Shown piece after piece: positions 1 through 8,199 of a stretch of 29,247 bases of DNA. A program made the translations under genes and the position numbers. Position 1 is the first letter of the stretch. The number at the start of each line of letters is the position of its first letter. The notes under the pieces are model-generated. The model was not told where the DNA came from, did not search any database, and saw only the letters and a list, made by a program, of their open reading frames with translations. Origin of the DNA: a virus (taxonomy: Duplodnaviria > Caudoviricetes); IMG/VR virus record IMGVR_UViG_3300025042_000034, positions 1 to 29,247 of that record. The stretch is one strand, 5' to 3'.

Positions 1-1116
1 ATGGGCTCAATTATCTCGCGTAAGCGTAAGAACGGTTCTGCTAGCCACACCGCGCAAATTCGGATTATGCGTGGCGCAAAGACAGTTTATCAGGAAAGCC
101 AAACCTTTGAGCGCAAGGCAGCGGCTACCGCCTGGCTGAAACGACGAGAAGGTGAACTGGCCCAACCAGGCGCGCTTGATCGCGCACTGCGCACTGGCGC
201 GTCCGTGCGCGAGATGATTACCCGATACCTAGATGAATTTGAACGGGTGCAGCCGCTGGGTAAAACCAAGCGAGCCACGTTGAAAGCGGTAGCCGCTAGT
301 TGGTTGGGCGACCTAGCTGATGTTGAGCTGACCAGCCAGCGGTTGGTTGAGTACGCGCACTGGCGGCGTGGCGTTGAAGGAGGGGAGGTGCAGCCGCAGA
401 CCATTGGTAATGATCTGTCGCACTTGGGTGCGGTGATGTCTGTGGCGCGCCCTGCATGGGGTTATGACGTTGACCCGCATGCGATGACTGATGCGCGCAA
501 GGTGCTGCGCAAGATGGGCATGGCTTCACGCAGTAAGGAGCGGGACCGGCGGCCCACGTTGGAAGAGCTGGATCGGTTGATGGACCACTTTGGTGAGATG
601 CATTTGCGGCGCCCTTCATCCATACCCATGCAAAAGATCATTGCGTTTGCGGTGTTCTCTACGCGACGGCAGGAGGAGATAACGCGCATTCGCTGGGCTG
701 ATTTGGATGAAGAAGGGCATCGCGTGTTGGTACGCGATATGAAAAACCCTGGCCAAAAGATCGGTAACAATGTGTGGTGTCATTTGCCTGATGAGGCTTG
801 GGCGATTGTGCAGAGCATGCCTCGTGAGTGCCCTGAGATTTTCCCATTTAACTCGAGTTCAATTTCTGCTTCGTTTACGCGGGCCTGTCATTTTTTGAAG
901 CTGAGCGACCTACGCTTTCACGACTTGCGCCATGATGGGGTGAGCCGGTTATTTGAAATGGACTGGGATATTCCGCGTGTGTCCAGCGTTTCAGGCCATA
1001 GAGATTGGAACTCACTGCGGCGTTACACCCACATGCGGGGGCGGGGTGATAGATATGTAAGTTGGCCTTGGCTTGAACTGGTTCTCGCAGCGCCGTTAAT
1101 CCGGGCGCAAGAATGA
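1..1116 (+). CDS. int: Tyrosine recombinase / phage integrase
   Basis: Catalytic set visible: R (STRRQEEI), K (MKNP), HxxR (HDLRH), H (SGH), Y (RRYTH). Confidence 0.95.
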   Translation: MGSIISRKRKNGSASHTAQIRIMRGAKTVYQESQTFERKAAATAWLKRREGELAQPGALDRALRTGASVREMITRYLDEFERVQPLGKTKRATLKAVAASWLGDLADVELTSQRLVEYAHWRRGVEGGEVQPQTIGNDLSHLGAVMSVARPAWGYDVDPHAMTDARKVLRKMGMASRSKERDRRPTLEELDRLMDHFGEMHLRRPSSIPMQKIIAFAVFSTRRQEEITRIRWADLDEEGHRVLVRDMKNPGQKIGNNVWCHLPDEAWAIVQSMPRECPEIFPFNSSSISASFTRACHFLKLSDLRFHDLRHDGVSRLFEMDWDIPRVSSVSGHRDWNSLRRYTHMRGRGDRYVSWPWLELVLAAPLIRAQE

Positions 1117-1162
1117 AGCTGAGAGAAAAGTTTTAATTTATATATTACTCTTTTGTTATGGT

Positions 1163-1624
1163 TCACCTTGGAGGCATTAGATCCTCGCCTTGCCAGGTAT
1201 CGTTGCCAGGATCTGGATCCAGATATGCCTGAGTCCTTGATGCTAAATCTCGTAGACGTGTGGTAAATAAAAGGTTTAGTTCTGCAGGCAAGGGCTCCCC
1301 GTCGATCGGCATGACAATCCCATGATCGATATGTGCGTGCCCATCAAAGTCCTCAGGTGCATCTTCAAGTTCGCTTCCAGCCTTGCGTATATCCATGGCG
1401 AGAATCGCGCCGAGTCCTGAATAAATTACGTTTCCCGAAACTTGCGATCTAATTTGTTCGCGACATGTTTCCACTCCATGTGGCCTGGCAACAGAAATTA
1501 TCGAACTTCCCTTAGGAGGTCGAAATGCTGCTGGTTTTAATCTTTTCTTCTTTAAATCGTAATGCACTGGTGTTTTTAAGGCCCGAACTATCACTTCTGA
1601 GTCTTCAATTAAAGCGCGTTCCAT
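1163..1624 (-). CDS. Hypothetical protein, putative ADP-ribosyltransferase-fold toxin
   Basis: 153 aa; pattern VIVR...AFRP...ISVAR...G.I.A.DIR..G...P...HAHI resembles small ART-fold toxins (inference); last gene of an AT-rich operon. Confidence 0.55.
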   Translation of the reverse strand: MERALIEDSEVIVRALKTPVHYDLKKKRLKPAAFRPPKGSSIISVARPHGVETCREQIRSQVSGNVIYSGLGAILAMDIRKAGSELEDAPEDFDGHAHIDHGIVMPIDGEPLPAELNLLFTTRLRDLASRTQAYLDPDPGNDTWQGEDLMPPR

Positions 1625-1635
1625 GCGTATATCGC

Positions 1636-2205
1636 TTAAGCAGCAATACGAGAAATGCTCGCATTGCTCATGGTTGGTGATCGGTTAGATTGAGGATACA
1701 AATGATCGTTAACAAAATTACCCATTAAGTGGAAGTCAGCTTGGTTACAATACCCATCCATTATGAATTTATGCTGAGATTCCTTAAGAAGATAAAAAGA
1801 AAACTTTTTTTCACCTATTTCAAGGTGGCTCACGCCCGAGGATGTTTCCCACTCGAATGACACAGTACCGTTAGGATTAGGCGTAATCTCAGGGGCTGGA
1901 GCAATATTTAAAAGGCCGCGTATAGCGCCTAAGCTGTTTTCTATCGTTGAGCTTTGAAATGCGGGAGCACCGTATCCGTCCCAGTCATCGGGCATTTCAG
2001 CTAAGGCGTATACATTGTCGTATGCAAATTTACTTTCGTAAACAGGTATATGCTTAGTAGGAGTTCGTGCAAACTTTCGAGCGTTAATTTCTCGTTTTGG
2101 TACTTCGCCCTTATTAAGCAAGTTTGTTATATGATTAGAAAAATATGAATATATTTCAATGTTAGAGGCTGTGATGTTGCTAAGAGAGGGATAGTTAGTC
2201 ATCAA
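1636..2205 (-). CDS. Hypothetical protein with WDGYGA motif (candidate antitoxin)
   Basis: 189 aa; start overlaps the 3' end of the upstream gene; C-terminal globular-looking domain PDDWDGYGAP...PEITPNPNGTVSFEW; ends in IAA. Confidence 0.7.
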   Translation of the reverse strand: MMTNYPSLSNITASNIEIYSYFSNHITNLLNKGEVPKREINARKFARTPTKHIPVYESKFAYDNVYALAEMPDDWDGYGAPAFQSSTIENSLGAIRGLLNIAPAPEITPNPNGTVSFEWETSSGVSHLEIGEKKFSFYLLKESQHKFIMDGYCNQADFHLMGNFVNDHLYPQSNRSPTMSNASISRIAA

Positions 2206-3001
2206 TTGGCTCCAGTCGATCAGCTATATTTACAATCATGCTTTGGAATATTTTATTCTGAACTTTTTGAGCTAGTTTCAGTGTTGCAAGAATCGAGTTA
2301 ATGTCTGGTGCAATAGGGCTTGCGGCTTGAATGTTAGTATGGACTACAACAGCGCTGCTACCGTTGGCCGATCCTTCGCCTACTGATAATGATAACAGCA
2401 AGCCATCTCGTATAGGTGTGTTCAATTGGAAGTTGTATTTTATAGGATGGCCAGGCTCTTTTAATTCTTCTAGCGCGTCAGGCGTAGATAATACAAACCC
2501 TAGGTCATTCTTAATAAATTCTGAAGGGGACGCACCTCTAACCACTGATTCGTTAAAAGCATCTATATATTGCAAGGAAATATTACTAAATGGCGTTTGT
2601 TGTTCATTCTCTGGACGAGAGGATAAAAGCATCGATATGCCTTCCTTCAGAAATGGAGTAAAGGCTGACCATGAGTCGTAAGGAGGAACCGCATTAGCAG
2701 TGAAAACTCCCGGACCAAGCTGGTAAAGCTCTGCTGCATTTGGAGAGCGCCTTAGACGGTGCGCCACTTGCCCCCCCATTAGAGGAAAGCCGCTTGGTAT
2801 CAGTCTTTCGCTGTGAACACCGCCATTTTGACCTAGCTTTTCATTAAATCGCGAAAGAAGCTTTTCAAACGAGCTAGAGTCGAATATAGGAAACTGTGCT
2901 GGGATACCTGTTGGAGCGCCTGCGAATGGTGAATCACTGCCAGAGTTCCAATGAAGCTCTACGATGACTTCTACAAGAGGAGCGTTTCTATAACGGGTCA
3001 T
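2195..3001 (-). CDS. TIGR04255-family-like protein
   Basis: 268 aa; N-terminal YRNAPLVEVIVEL, central PPYDSW..F and ISLQYID motifs match my recollection of this family. Confidence 0.75.
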   Translation of the reverse strand: MTRYRNAPLVEVIVELHWNSGSDSPFAGAPTGIPAQFPIFDSSSFEKLLSRFNEKLGQNGGVHSERLIPSGFPLMGGQVAHRLRRSPNAAELYQLGPGVFTANAVPPYDSWSAFTPFLKEGISMLLSSRPENEQQTPFSNISLQYIDAFNESVVRGASPSEFIKNDLGFVLSTPDALEELKEPGHPIKYNFQLNTPIRDGLLLSLSVGEGSANGSSAVVVHTNIQAASPIAPDINSILATLKLAQKVQNKIFQSMIVNIADRLEPIDD

Positions 3002-3129
3002 TCGTCCGCCTAATCCTTTAAAATAGCAAATGCTACGGTTGCACTGCTGAGAGACTCTATGTCAACGGTTCATGACATTTAACATCTCAGTCTTCAAGAC
3101 TGCAAGTTCTCCGTAAGCATCCTATCAGA

Positions 3130-3408
3130 TCAGCTTGCACGCTGGTATCTTCCATGAAGCTTGTTATGTTCAGTCATCGCTATGGCCCGTTGGTTGTCCA
3201 GGTATGTGGCCAAGTCCTGCAAATGTACGCCTCGTGCTGACTTCTGGCTGCTTTCTAACCTCACAATAGGCAAATCTATCTCTGTCGACATCACCTTGCG
3301 CTGCAGCTTCTCTACGCTTAAGTGGCTGAAATAATCGGCGCAGACCTTGGGCAGCGGAATCACTACCTGGCCGTCATACTGTGCCATGAGCAGAAATAGG
3401 GTATTCAT
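3130..3408 (-). CDS. Pyocin activator PrtN-family DNA-binding protein (possible excisionase)
   Basis: MNTLFLLMAQYDGQVVIPL...SQKSARGVHLQDLATYLD; SD GAGGA precedes ATG at 3408; last gene of the left operon, near int. Confidence 0.85.
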   Translation of the reverse strand: MNTLFLLMAQYDGQVVIPLPKVCADYFSHLSVEKLQRKVMSTEIDLPIVRLESSQKSARGVHLQDLATYLDNQRAIAMTEHNKLHGRYQRAS

Positions 3409-3791
3409 GCAGTATTCCTCATGGCCGTCAGCGTTGTGGAAAATATTCGTTGCGCATGCTGTGTGGTACAGACTTTGCGGCCCAGCCCAGTCCACGCACC
3501 TGCACGCATTCGGCTACCAAGATTACGATTGTTTTCACGCGGACGGTCAGCGTTGGCGATGACATTTTGATGCCTTTGGAAGACATCGATCATGAGGCAG
3601 AAGAGCACGGGCCAGAGTCGAGAGCGCTGCTCGATCGAGCTTTCCTGGTATTTGTCCAAGTTGGTTACACACTCATTGGCCTCGCATACTTCGCGTAAGC
3701 GGAGGGCGGTGTGTTGCAAGATGGGGACGGCGCGCAGCAGAGAAATTGTTATTTTCTCGCGGCGTTTTCCGACGCTGTGATTGCAGTTCAT
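3405..3791 (-). CDS. Hypothetical protein
   Basis: 128 aa ORF with ATGA stop/start overlaps at both ends, exactly filling the operon gap; no recognisable motif. Confidence 0.5.
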   Translation of the reverse strand: MNCNHSVGKRREKITISLLRAVPILQHTALRLREVCEANECVTNLDKYQESSIEQRSRLWPVLFCLMIDVFQRHQNVIANADRPRENNRNLGSRMRAGAWTGLGRKVCTTQHAQRIFSTTLTAMRNTA

Positions 3792-4453
3792 TCAGCACCC
3801 CCGATTTGATCAGCGTTGGCGTTGAACTCCGCAATCAGTATGTTGATAGGGTTGCCTGGGAACATGTCTGTTGGCCGCAGCGTTGCCTGCATCTCGCGGA
3901 TGTGGTGCGCTGGGGCGTTGGCCAGAGCGTTAAGCACTTGCTTGAGGGCGTCACGTGAGACTGTAACGTGTGTAGCTGGGTTTATCTTAGCCGGTAAGCC
4001 AATTGAGCGTGGCCCATCGGCGTTATCAGGCACCCCGCATTGGCGGGCAACATTTGTGGCGTGCTTTACCTGTTCGGCGCTTAGGGCTACGTGCTCTTCA
4101 ATGCCCAGCGCGCTGCGAATGGCTAGGCCGGTACGGCTGCTGCCCCCTTGGTGGTGGTAGAGAACCCAGAGAAGCATGCCGGTCATGCGCTGGTTGGTGT
4201 ACTCCAGTCGTTCGTAGTCATAAGCCAAAGTCAGGCTGGTGGCGTCGGGCGGATCGGTGAGGGCAGGATTGTTGGCCATCGCTGCCTGAATGTAGTTGGC
4301 GCCGTCCAGCAGCTCTTCCAACAGGTGCTGGAGCCATTGATTCAGGGTCAAGTCTCCGCGCTCGGTAGTGACGCCGTACTTCTCCAGCCCGGCAATGGAG
4401 CGCTCCAGCAGGAGCTGGCGGTTACGCTCTACGTTCTGATCGGGTGAATGCAT
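3788..4453 (-). CDS. Modular phage protein with N-terminal MazG-like (all-alpha NTP pyrophosphohydrolase) domain
   Basis: Start MHSPDQ after SD GGAGG; GLEKYG...WLQHLLEELLDGANY carries an EExxD motif. Confidence 0.6.
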   Translation of the reverse strand: MHSPDQNVERNRQLLLERSIAGLEKYGVTTERGDLTLNQWLQHLLEELLDGANYIQAAMANNPALTDPPDATSLTLAYDYERLEYTNQRMTGMLLWVLYHHQGGSSRTGLAIRSALGIEEHVALSAEQVKHATNVARQCGVPDNADGPRSIGLPAKINPATHVTVSRDALKQVLNALANAPAHHIREMQATLRPTDMFPGNPINILIAEFNANADQIGGAE

Positions 4454-4455
4454 GG

Positions 4456-4659
4456 TCAGACCTCCCGTGCGCAGCTGATGCGCATGAGCTGGGTGTCGAT
4501 GGCCAGCATTTGGTTGCGCAGGTTGTCGATGGTTTTTAGCTGCCGTTCGCGTGCGGCTTCGCCTTTGGCTGGGGTGCGTAGCAGTAAGGCGATGTTGGAG
4601 GCGTGGGCGCTGTGTTGGGCTTTGAGGTCGCGTTCGTGCGCGAGGGGTGCGGTGGTCAT
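4456..4659 (-). CDS. Hypothetical protein
   Basis: 67 aa; ATGA overlap with upstream gene; fills the operon. Confidence 0.7.
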   Translation of the reverse strand: MTTAPLAHERDLKAQHSAHASNIALLLRTPAKGEAARERQLKTIDNLRNQMLAIDTQLMRISCAREV

Positions 4660-5204
4660 GGTTTGCGCACCTCAATGTTGACGCCTTCACTGTGCAGCGG
4701 GTGGGCTGGGGTGTAGATATCTGCCCCTACTAATTGGGAATCAAATTGCTGGCGGAATATAGCGTCAACGATGCGGTGGCCGCTGCTGCTGAGGTTTTTG
4801 GCCTCACGTGCGTCTTTATGCTGGTTGGTGGCGTGCAAGGCTGCTGCGCTGAGGTTGAGTTTGTCTGCCATCCGCTGGAGTTTTTGCAGGTCTGAAGCGC
4901 TTATGGTGAGGCCGCTGGCTTTTGCTGCGGTCAGCTCTTCGTCGTGACGTTGCTGTTGTAGCTCCATCGCTAGTGCGGCGTGGCTGCGTTCTGCGCTGAT
5001 GCGTTGGTTGAGGCCGCGTACGGTACTGCACAGGTCTGCATTGGCGGCGCGCAGTTCTGTGAGCAGGCGTTCTTCAACTGCTTGGCGTACGCGATAGCCG
5101 GCTTGCTTGCCTTTGTGCCAGGCGCAGCGGGTGGCGGTGATGGCGATAATCACCAGTGCTGGAATGATGAAGCACCCGGCGATTAGAAGTTGTTGGTTGT
5201 TCAT
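4656..5204 (-). CDS. Membrane-anchored coiled-coil hypothetical protein
   Basis: Start MNNQQLLIAGCFIIPALVIIAITA (one TM segment) after SD GGGAG; helical coiled-coil-like body. Confidence 0.75.
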   Translation of the reverse strand: MNNQQLLIAGCFIIPALVIIAITATRCAWHKGKQAGYRVRQAVEERLLTELRAANADLCSTVRGLNQRISAERSHAALAMELQQQRHDEELTAAKASGLTISASDLQKLQRMADKLNLSAAALHATNQHKDAREAKNLSSSGHRIVDAIFRQQFDSQLVGADIYTPAHPLHSEGVNIEVRKP

Positions 5205-5277
5205 TGGCTGTGTCTCCCGTGCCCGGCGCCGCGTACGTGGTAGGTGCGGCGCCGGGCTGGCTGGTTGTTGTTGGTGG

Positions 5278-6099
5278 TTAGTTGCCGATGGCGAAGGTGC
5301 CCACGGTGAGCTGGCACAGGCCGCCAATCTCGGCGGTGAGTTTGTCTTTAAACTCCTGGGCCATTTCTTCCTCTTGTTGCTCCTGCATCACCCAGCGCAG
5401 TTTGATGGTTGGCGGTTCGCTGGTAAGGATGCTGATGCGCAGGGTGAAGGTGCGCTCTTCCAGTCCGTCATAGGGCGGGGTGGTGAACAGCAGATCGGCT
5501 GGCTGCTTCTCTGCGTGGGCGGCTTCGATGTTGTCCATGCTGCTGCGCTGCGCGCCGAAGTTAGTTTCGGTGCTAGTGCGCTCAGCCTGCGCCTTGATGG
5601 TGATGGTGCGGATTTTTTGCACGGCGGCAGAGACGGGCATTTCAGTGTCGGTGCTGTCCAGTACCTTTATGAAGTGGTGCCAGTCTTCCATCCATTCGGC
5701 CAGATCGGCTTGCTTGTGAGTACGGCCTGTCATTTGCTGAATAGCTTTGAAGGCGGCGGTGGGTTTGAGCTTGAGTGATGCTTTGTCGTCGCCGTGGCCT
5801 GGCAGGTTCTGGTCGCCGAGGTTGAAGAGGACCGTGCAGCTCATGTCGTCCTGATCAACGAAGCCCTGAGGCAGCGCTTCTGTTTTCTGGTGCTGCTCTA
5901 CATAGGCGCAGAAGTCGCGGAACGACTGAGTGGCCAGACGCCCACGGAAGCGTGCGCGGTAAGCCTGGAGCAGCTCTAGCGATTCCACGCTGAACTGGTG
6001 CGGCAGCAAAATGGCGGGCGTGTTGGTGTCCAACGGTTTGCCGTTGGCTGCGGTATGGGTGGCCGTGATGCGGTCCAGGGTATCGAGTGGCAATGTCAT
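5278..6099 (-). CDS. DUF2303 / YfdQ-family phage protein
   Basis: 273 aa; RFRG...FNLG....PGHGD...QADLAEWMEDW motifs; SD AAGGA. Confidence 0.85.
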   Translation of the reverse strand: MTLPLDTLDRITATHTAANGKPLDTNTPAILLPHQFSVESLELLQAYRARFRGRLATQSFRDFCAYVEQHQKTEALPQGFVDQDDMSCTVLFNLGDQNLPGHGDDKASLKLKPTAAFKAIQQMTGRTHKQADLAEWMEDWHHFIKVLDSTDTEMPVSAAVQKIRTITIKAQAERTSTETNFGAQRSSMDNIEAAHAEKQPADLLFTTPPYDGLEERTFTLRISILTSEPPTIKLRWVMQEQQEEEMAQEFKDKLTAEIGGLCQLTVGTFAIGN

Positions 6100-6141
6100 G
6101 TTGCTTTCCTTGTGGTAGGTGGTTTGGTGTTGCGGTGGTGC

Positions 6142-6486
6142 TTAGCTGCGCGCGGTGACCGGAGCCTGGTCTTTGCTGAACATTTGGCCGGTGGGGTTAT
6201 CTGCAAACAGCTGCAGGCCGTTGGCGGTGAGGTAGAACGGGGTTTCGAGCGCTGTGTCTTCGCGCTTGCTGCCGCGCTTGGTGGGCTCTGTGAACTCCAG
6301 CTTGTGCGCTACTTTGAGCTGGTGAGTTTCGCCGATCTGGCTCATTTCCAGCGTGATGGTGACTTTGCCCTTTTTGCCGTGCTCTACCACGCCGCTGGCG
6401 ACCGCTGACAGGGCGGTGCCGAGCTGCTGGTTGAATACGCCGGCGTTGAGGTTGGCGATGAATTCGCCGGGGTCGGTTGCTTTCAT
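6142..6486 (-). CDS. Conserved phage protein usually paired with DUF2303 (YfdP-like)
   Basis: Start MKATDPGEF after SD AAGGA; KKGKVTITL and PTKRG..RED motifs. Confidence 0.75.
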   Translation of the reverse strand: MKATDPGEFIANLNAGVFNQQLGTALSAVASGVVEHGKKGKVTITLEMSQIGETHQLKVAHKLEFTEPTKRGSKREDTALETPFYLTANGLQLFADNPTGQMFSKDQAPVTARS

Positions 6487-6511
6487 GGTTTGCTTCCTTG
6501 GGTTGTGCCGC

Positions 6512-6760
6512 TCAAGCGGCTTGGCTTTGCTCGAGCTGGGCATCCAGATAGCGGGCCAGCTCTTGCAGGGTGACTATTTGAGGTGCGCGCTGTGACTTGT
6601 GCAGCTGCGTGAGGGTGATGCTGACGGCACCTTCGTCTATGAGGCGCAGCAGGTGCCGGTCGGTTTGGATATGCGGGAAGCACTCGGCGCGCAGCTCTGC
6701 CAACGTGAGGTAGGGCAGGGTGTAGCGGCGGCGCAGCTGCGCGAGGGTGGCGTTGCTCAT
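6512..6760 (-). CDS. Second PrtN-like DNA-binding protein
   Basis: Start MSNATLAQL with ATGA overlap; SQRAPQIVTLQELARYLD parallels SQKSARGVHLQDLATYLD of 3130-3408. Confidence 0.75.
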   Translation of the reverse strand: MSNATLAQLRRRYTLPYLTLAELRAECFPHIQTDRHLLRLIDEGAVSITLTQLHKSQRAPQIVTLQELARYLDAQLEQSQAA

Positions 6761-7155
6761 GCGGCGGGCACCTCTGCAATGGCTAAGGCGGTGTTGCGTA
6801 CGCGCAACAGCTCGACCAGCCCTTGCGGGGTGTGCGCCATTACCTGTTGCTCTACTAGGGTGCCGTTGAGAATGACGGCGACCAGTTCGGTGCCGTCTGC
6901 GCCCGCGGGCGCTACGCACACCGTGAGGTGCTTGGGTAGCTGGGCGCTGACGGCGGCGTAGGCTTCTGCGAGGCGTACGTGCTGCGGTTGAATCAGGCGC
7001 AGGCGGTCTATTACTTCGTTGACCGTGTCGCTGGCGACCTCTTTGCTGATGGTGGTGGGGTGGTCAAAGTGAACCTGCATCAGCTTGAGCACGCCAATGG
7101 CTTGATCAATGATCGGCATGGGGTTGTAGGGTGTGAATTTTGGCTGGTTCATCAC
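6757..7155 (-). CDS. Hypothetical phage protein
   Basis: 132 aa; translationally coupled at both ends; SD AGGAG. Confidence 0.75.
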   Translation of the reverse strand: MMNQPKFTPYNPMPIIDQAIGVLKLMQVHFDHPTTISKEVASDTVNEVIDRLRLIQPQHVRLAEAYAAVSAQLPKHLTVCVAPAGADGTELVAVILNGTLVEQQVMAHTPQGLVELLRVRNTALAIAEVPAA

Positions 7156-7454
7156 GCGGCGTGCTCCTGCGTTGAAGGCACTTGCACTACCTCTACGCCT
7201 AGCTCTTTGGCGAGCCAGAGCAGCCCTTTACTGGTGACGAAGGTTTTGGCGTAGATAACGCCGTTGCCGTTGTTCATCAGCTTGTTGCCGGTGTGCTCGC
7301 GAAGCTGAACGTGAAAGCGCCCGGCGTCTACATCGCTCTGACGTGGCAGGCGGTTGCAGTCCAGTATCTTGCGGCGCTTGAGCTCGGCGATTAGGCGGTT
7401 GCGACCAGTGCTGAGCATTTTGGCGGCGGTGGCCAGGTCGTATTTATGCGGCAT
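7152..7454 (-). CDS. Stand-alone phage antirepressor KilA-C (ANT) domain protein
   Basis: AAKMLSTGRNRLIAELK...LPRQ...GRFHV...KTFVTSKGLLWL is the ANT/KilA-C signature. Confidence 0.85.
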   Translation of the reverse strand: MPHKYDLATAAKMLSTGRNRLIAELKRRKILDCNRLPRQSDVDAGRFHVQLREHTGNKLMNNGNGVIYAKTFVTSKGLLWLAKELGVEVVQVPSTQEHAA

Positions 7455-7683
7455 GGTGGGTCACCGATTTATGCGCCAGATAGCCGCGGTATAGGTGCGC
7501 GTTGTCGAGCAGCTCCATCAGGCGTTGGAACTCTGCGGAATCGATCGCTCGTGCTTCTACCGCCATGTTGAGCGAGCCCAGCCCTTTGCCAAGGTTGACT
7601 CCGGCGCAGTAGCCCGGCTCGCTATATCGCACTTGCTGTAGAGCTCGGGTGATGGCTTTGATGACCGCTTTGCGATTGCTCAT
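7444..7683 (-). CDS. Hypothetical phage protein
   Basis: 79 aa; overlaps both neighbours in the operon. Confidence 0.7.
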   Translation of the reverse strand: MSNRKAVIKAITRALQQVRYSEPGYCAGVNLGKGLGSLNMAVEARAIDSAEFQRLMELLDNAHLYRGYLAHKSVTHHAA

Positions 7684-7973
7684 GCCGCCACCTTCGCCGT
7701 GTCTAGCGTGCCGTTGGCGCAGGCCTCAATCCATTCAGCCACCCGGTGTGCAAGCGTCTCAGCTGGCTGTTTGGGCAGGGTGAGTGTGTTGTGGGTGCCC
7801 TCGGCACGAAAGCTGAGGCGGATATGGTCCGGCAGCTGCGTTATGTGCAGGGTGGCGTGTATGGGCTGCGGCCGAAACGGTGCGCTGATGTTGATCAGCT
7901 TCAGTCTGAAGCAACCCGGTAGGCGCACTTGGGTGTGCAGCAGTTGCTGGGTGACGGCAGTCAGCTGGATCAT
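7680..7973 (-). CDS. Hypothetical phage protein
   Basis: 97 aa; ATGA overlaps at both ends; SD GGAG. Confidence 0.75.
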   Translation of the reverse strand: MIQLTAVTQQLLHTQVRLPGCFRLKLINISAPFRPQPIHATLHITQLPDHIRLSFRAEGTHNTLTLPKQPAETLAHRVAEWIEACANGTLDTAKVAA

Positions 7974-8164
7974 GCGGCGTCATCTCCGGTCCAGGGGCCT
8001 GTGGGCTCTGGGGTGGGAGTTGCGCGCATGGCTGCGCCGCTGCGGTTGCCACCGATGATGATGGCTAGGCCGGTGCGGGCGGTTATGGCTTTTATGTGGT
8101 CTGGATTACTGGCTGCAGTTGGGTGCAGGTAAATCCGGCAGGTAGTACTTGGCTGTGTCCGCAT
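7970..8164 (-). CDS. Small hypothetical protein, first gene of the leftward operon (position of lambda N)
   Basis: 64 aa; directly downstream of the PL-like promoter; coupled to the next gene. Confidence 0.7.
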   Translation of the reverse strand: MRTQPSTTCRIYLHPTAASNPDHIKAITARTGLAIIIGGNRSGAAMRATPTPEPTGPWTGDDAA

Positions 8165-8199
8165 TGTGTTGACCCTGTGTGGTAGGTGGGTTCAACACA

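Noticed and set aside
3060-3065. Perfect TTGACA on the minus strand upstream of the three-gene cassette
   Set aside because: No -10 at 16-18 bp spacing; only a possible extended -10 (TGcTATTTT, 3028-3020), so no promoter is called
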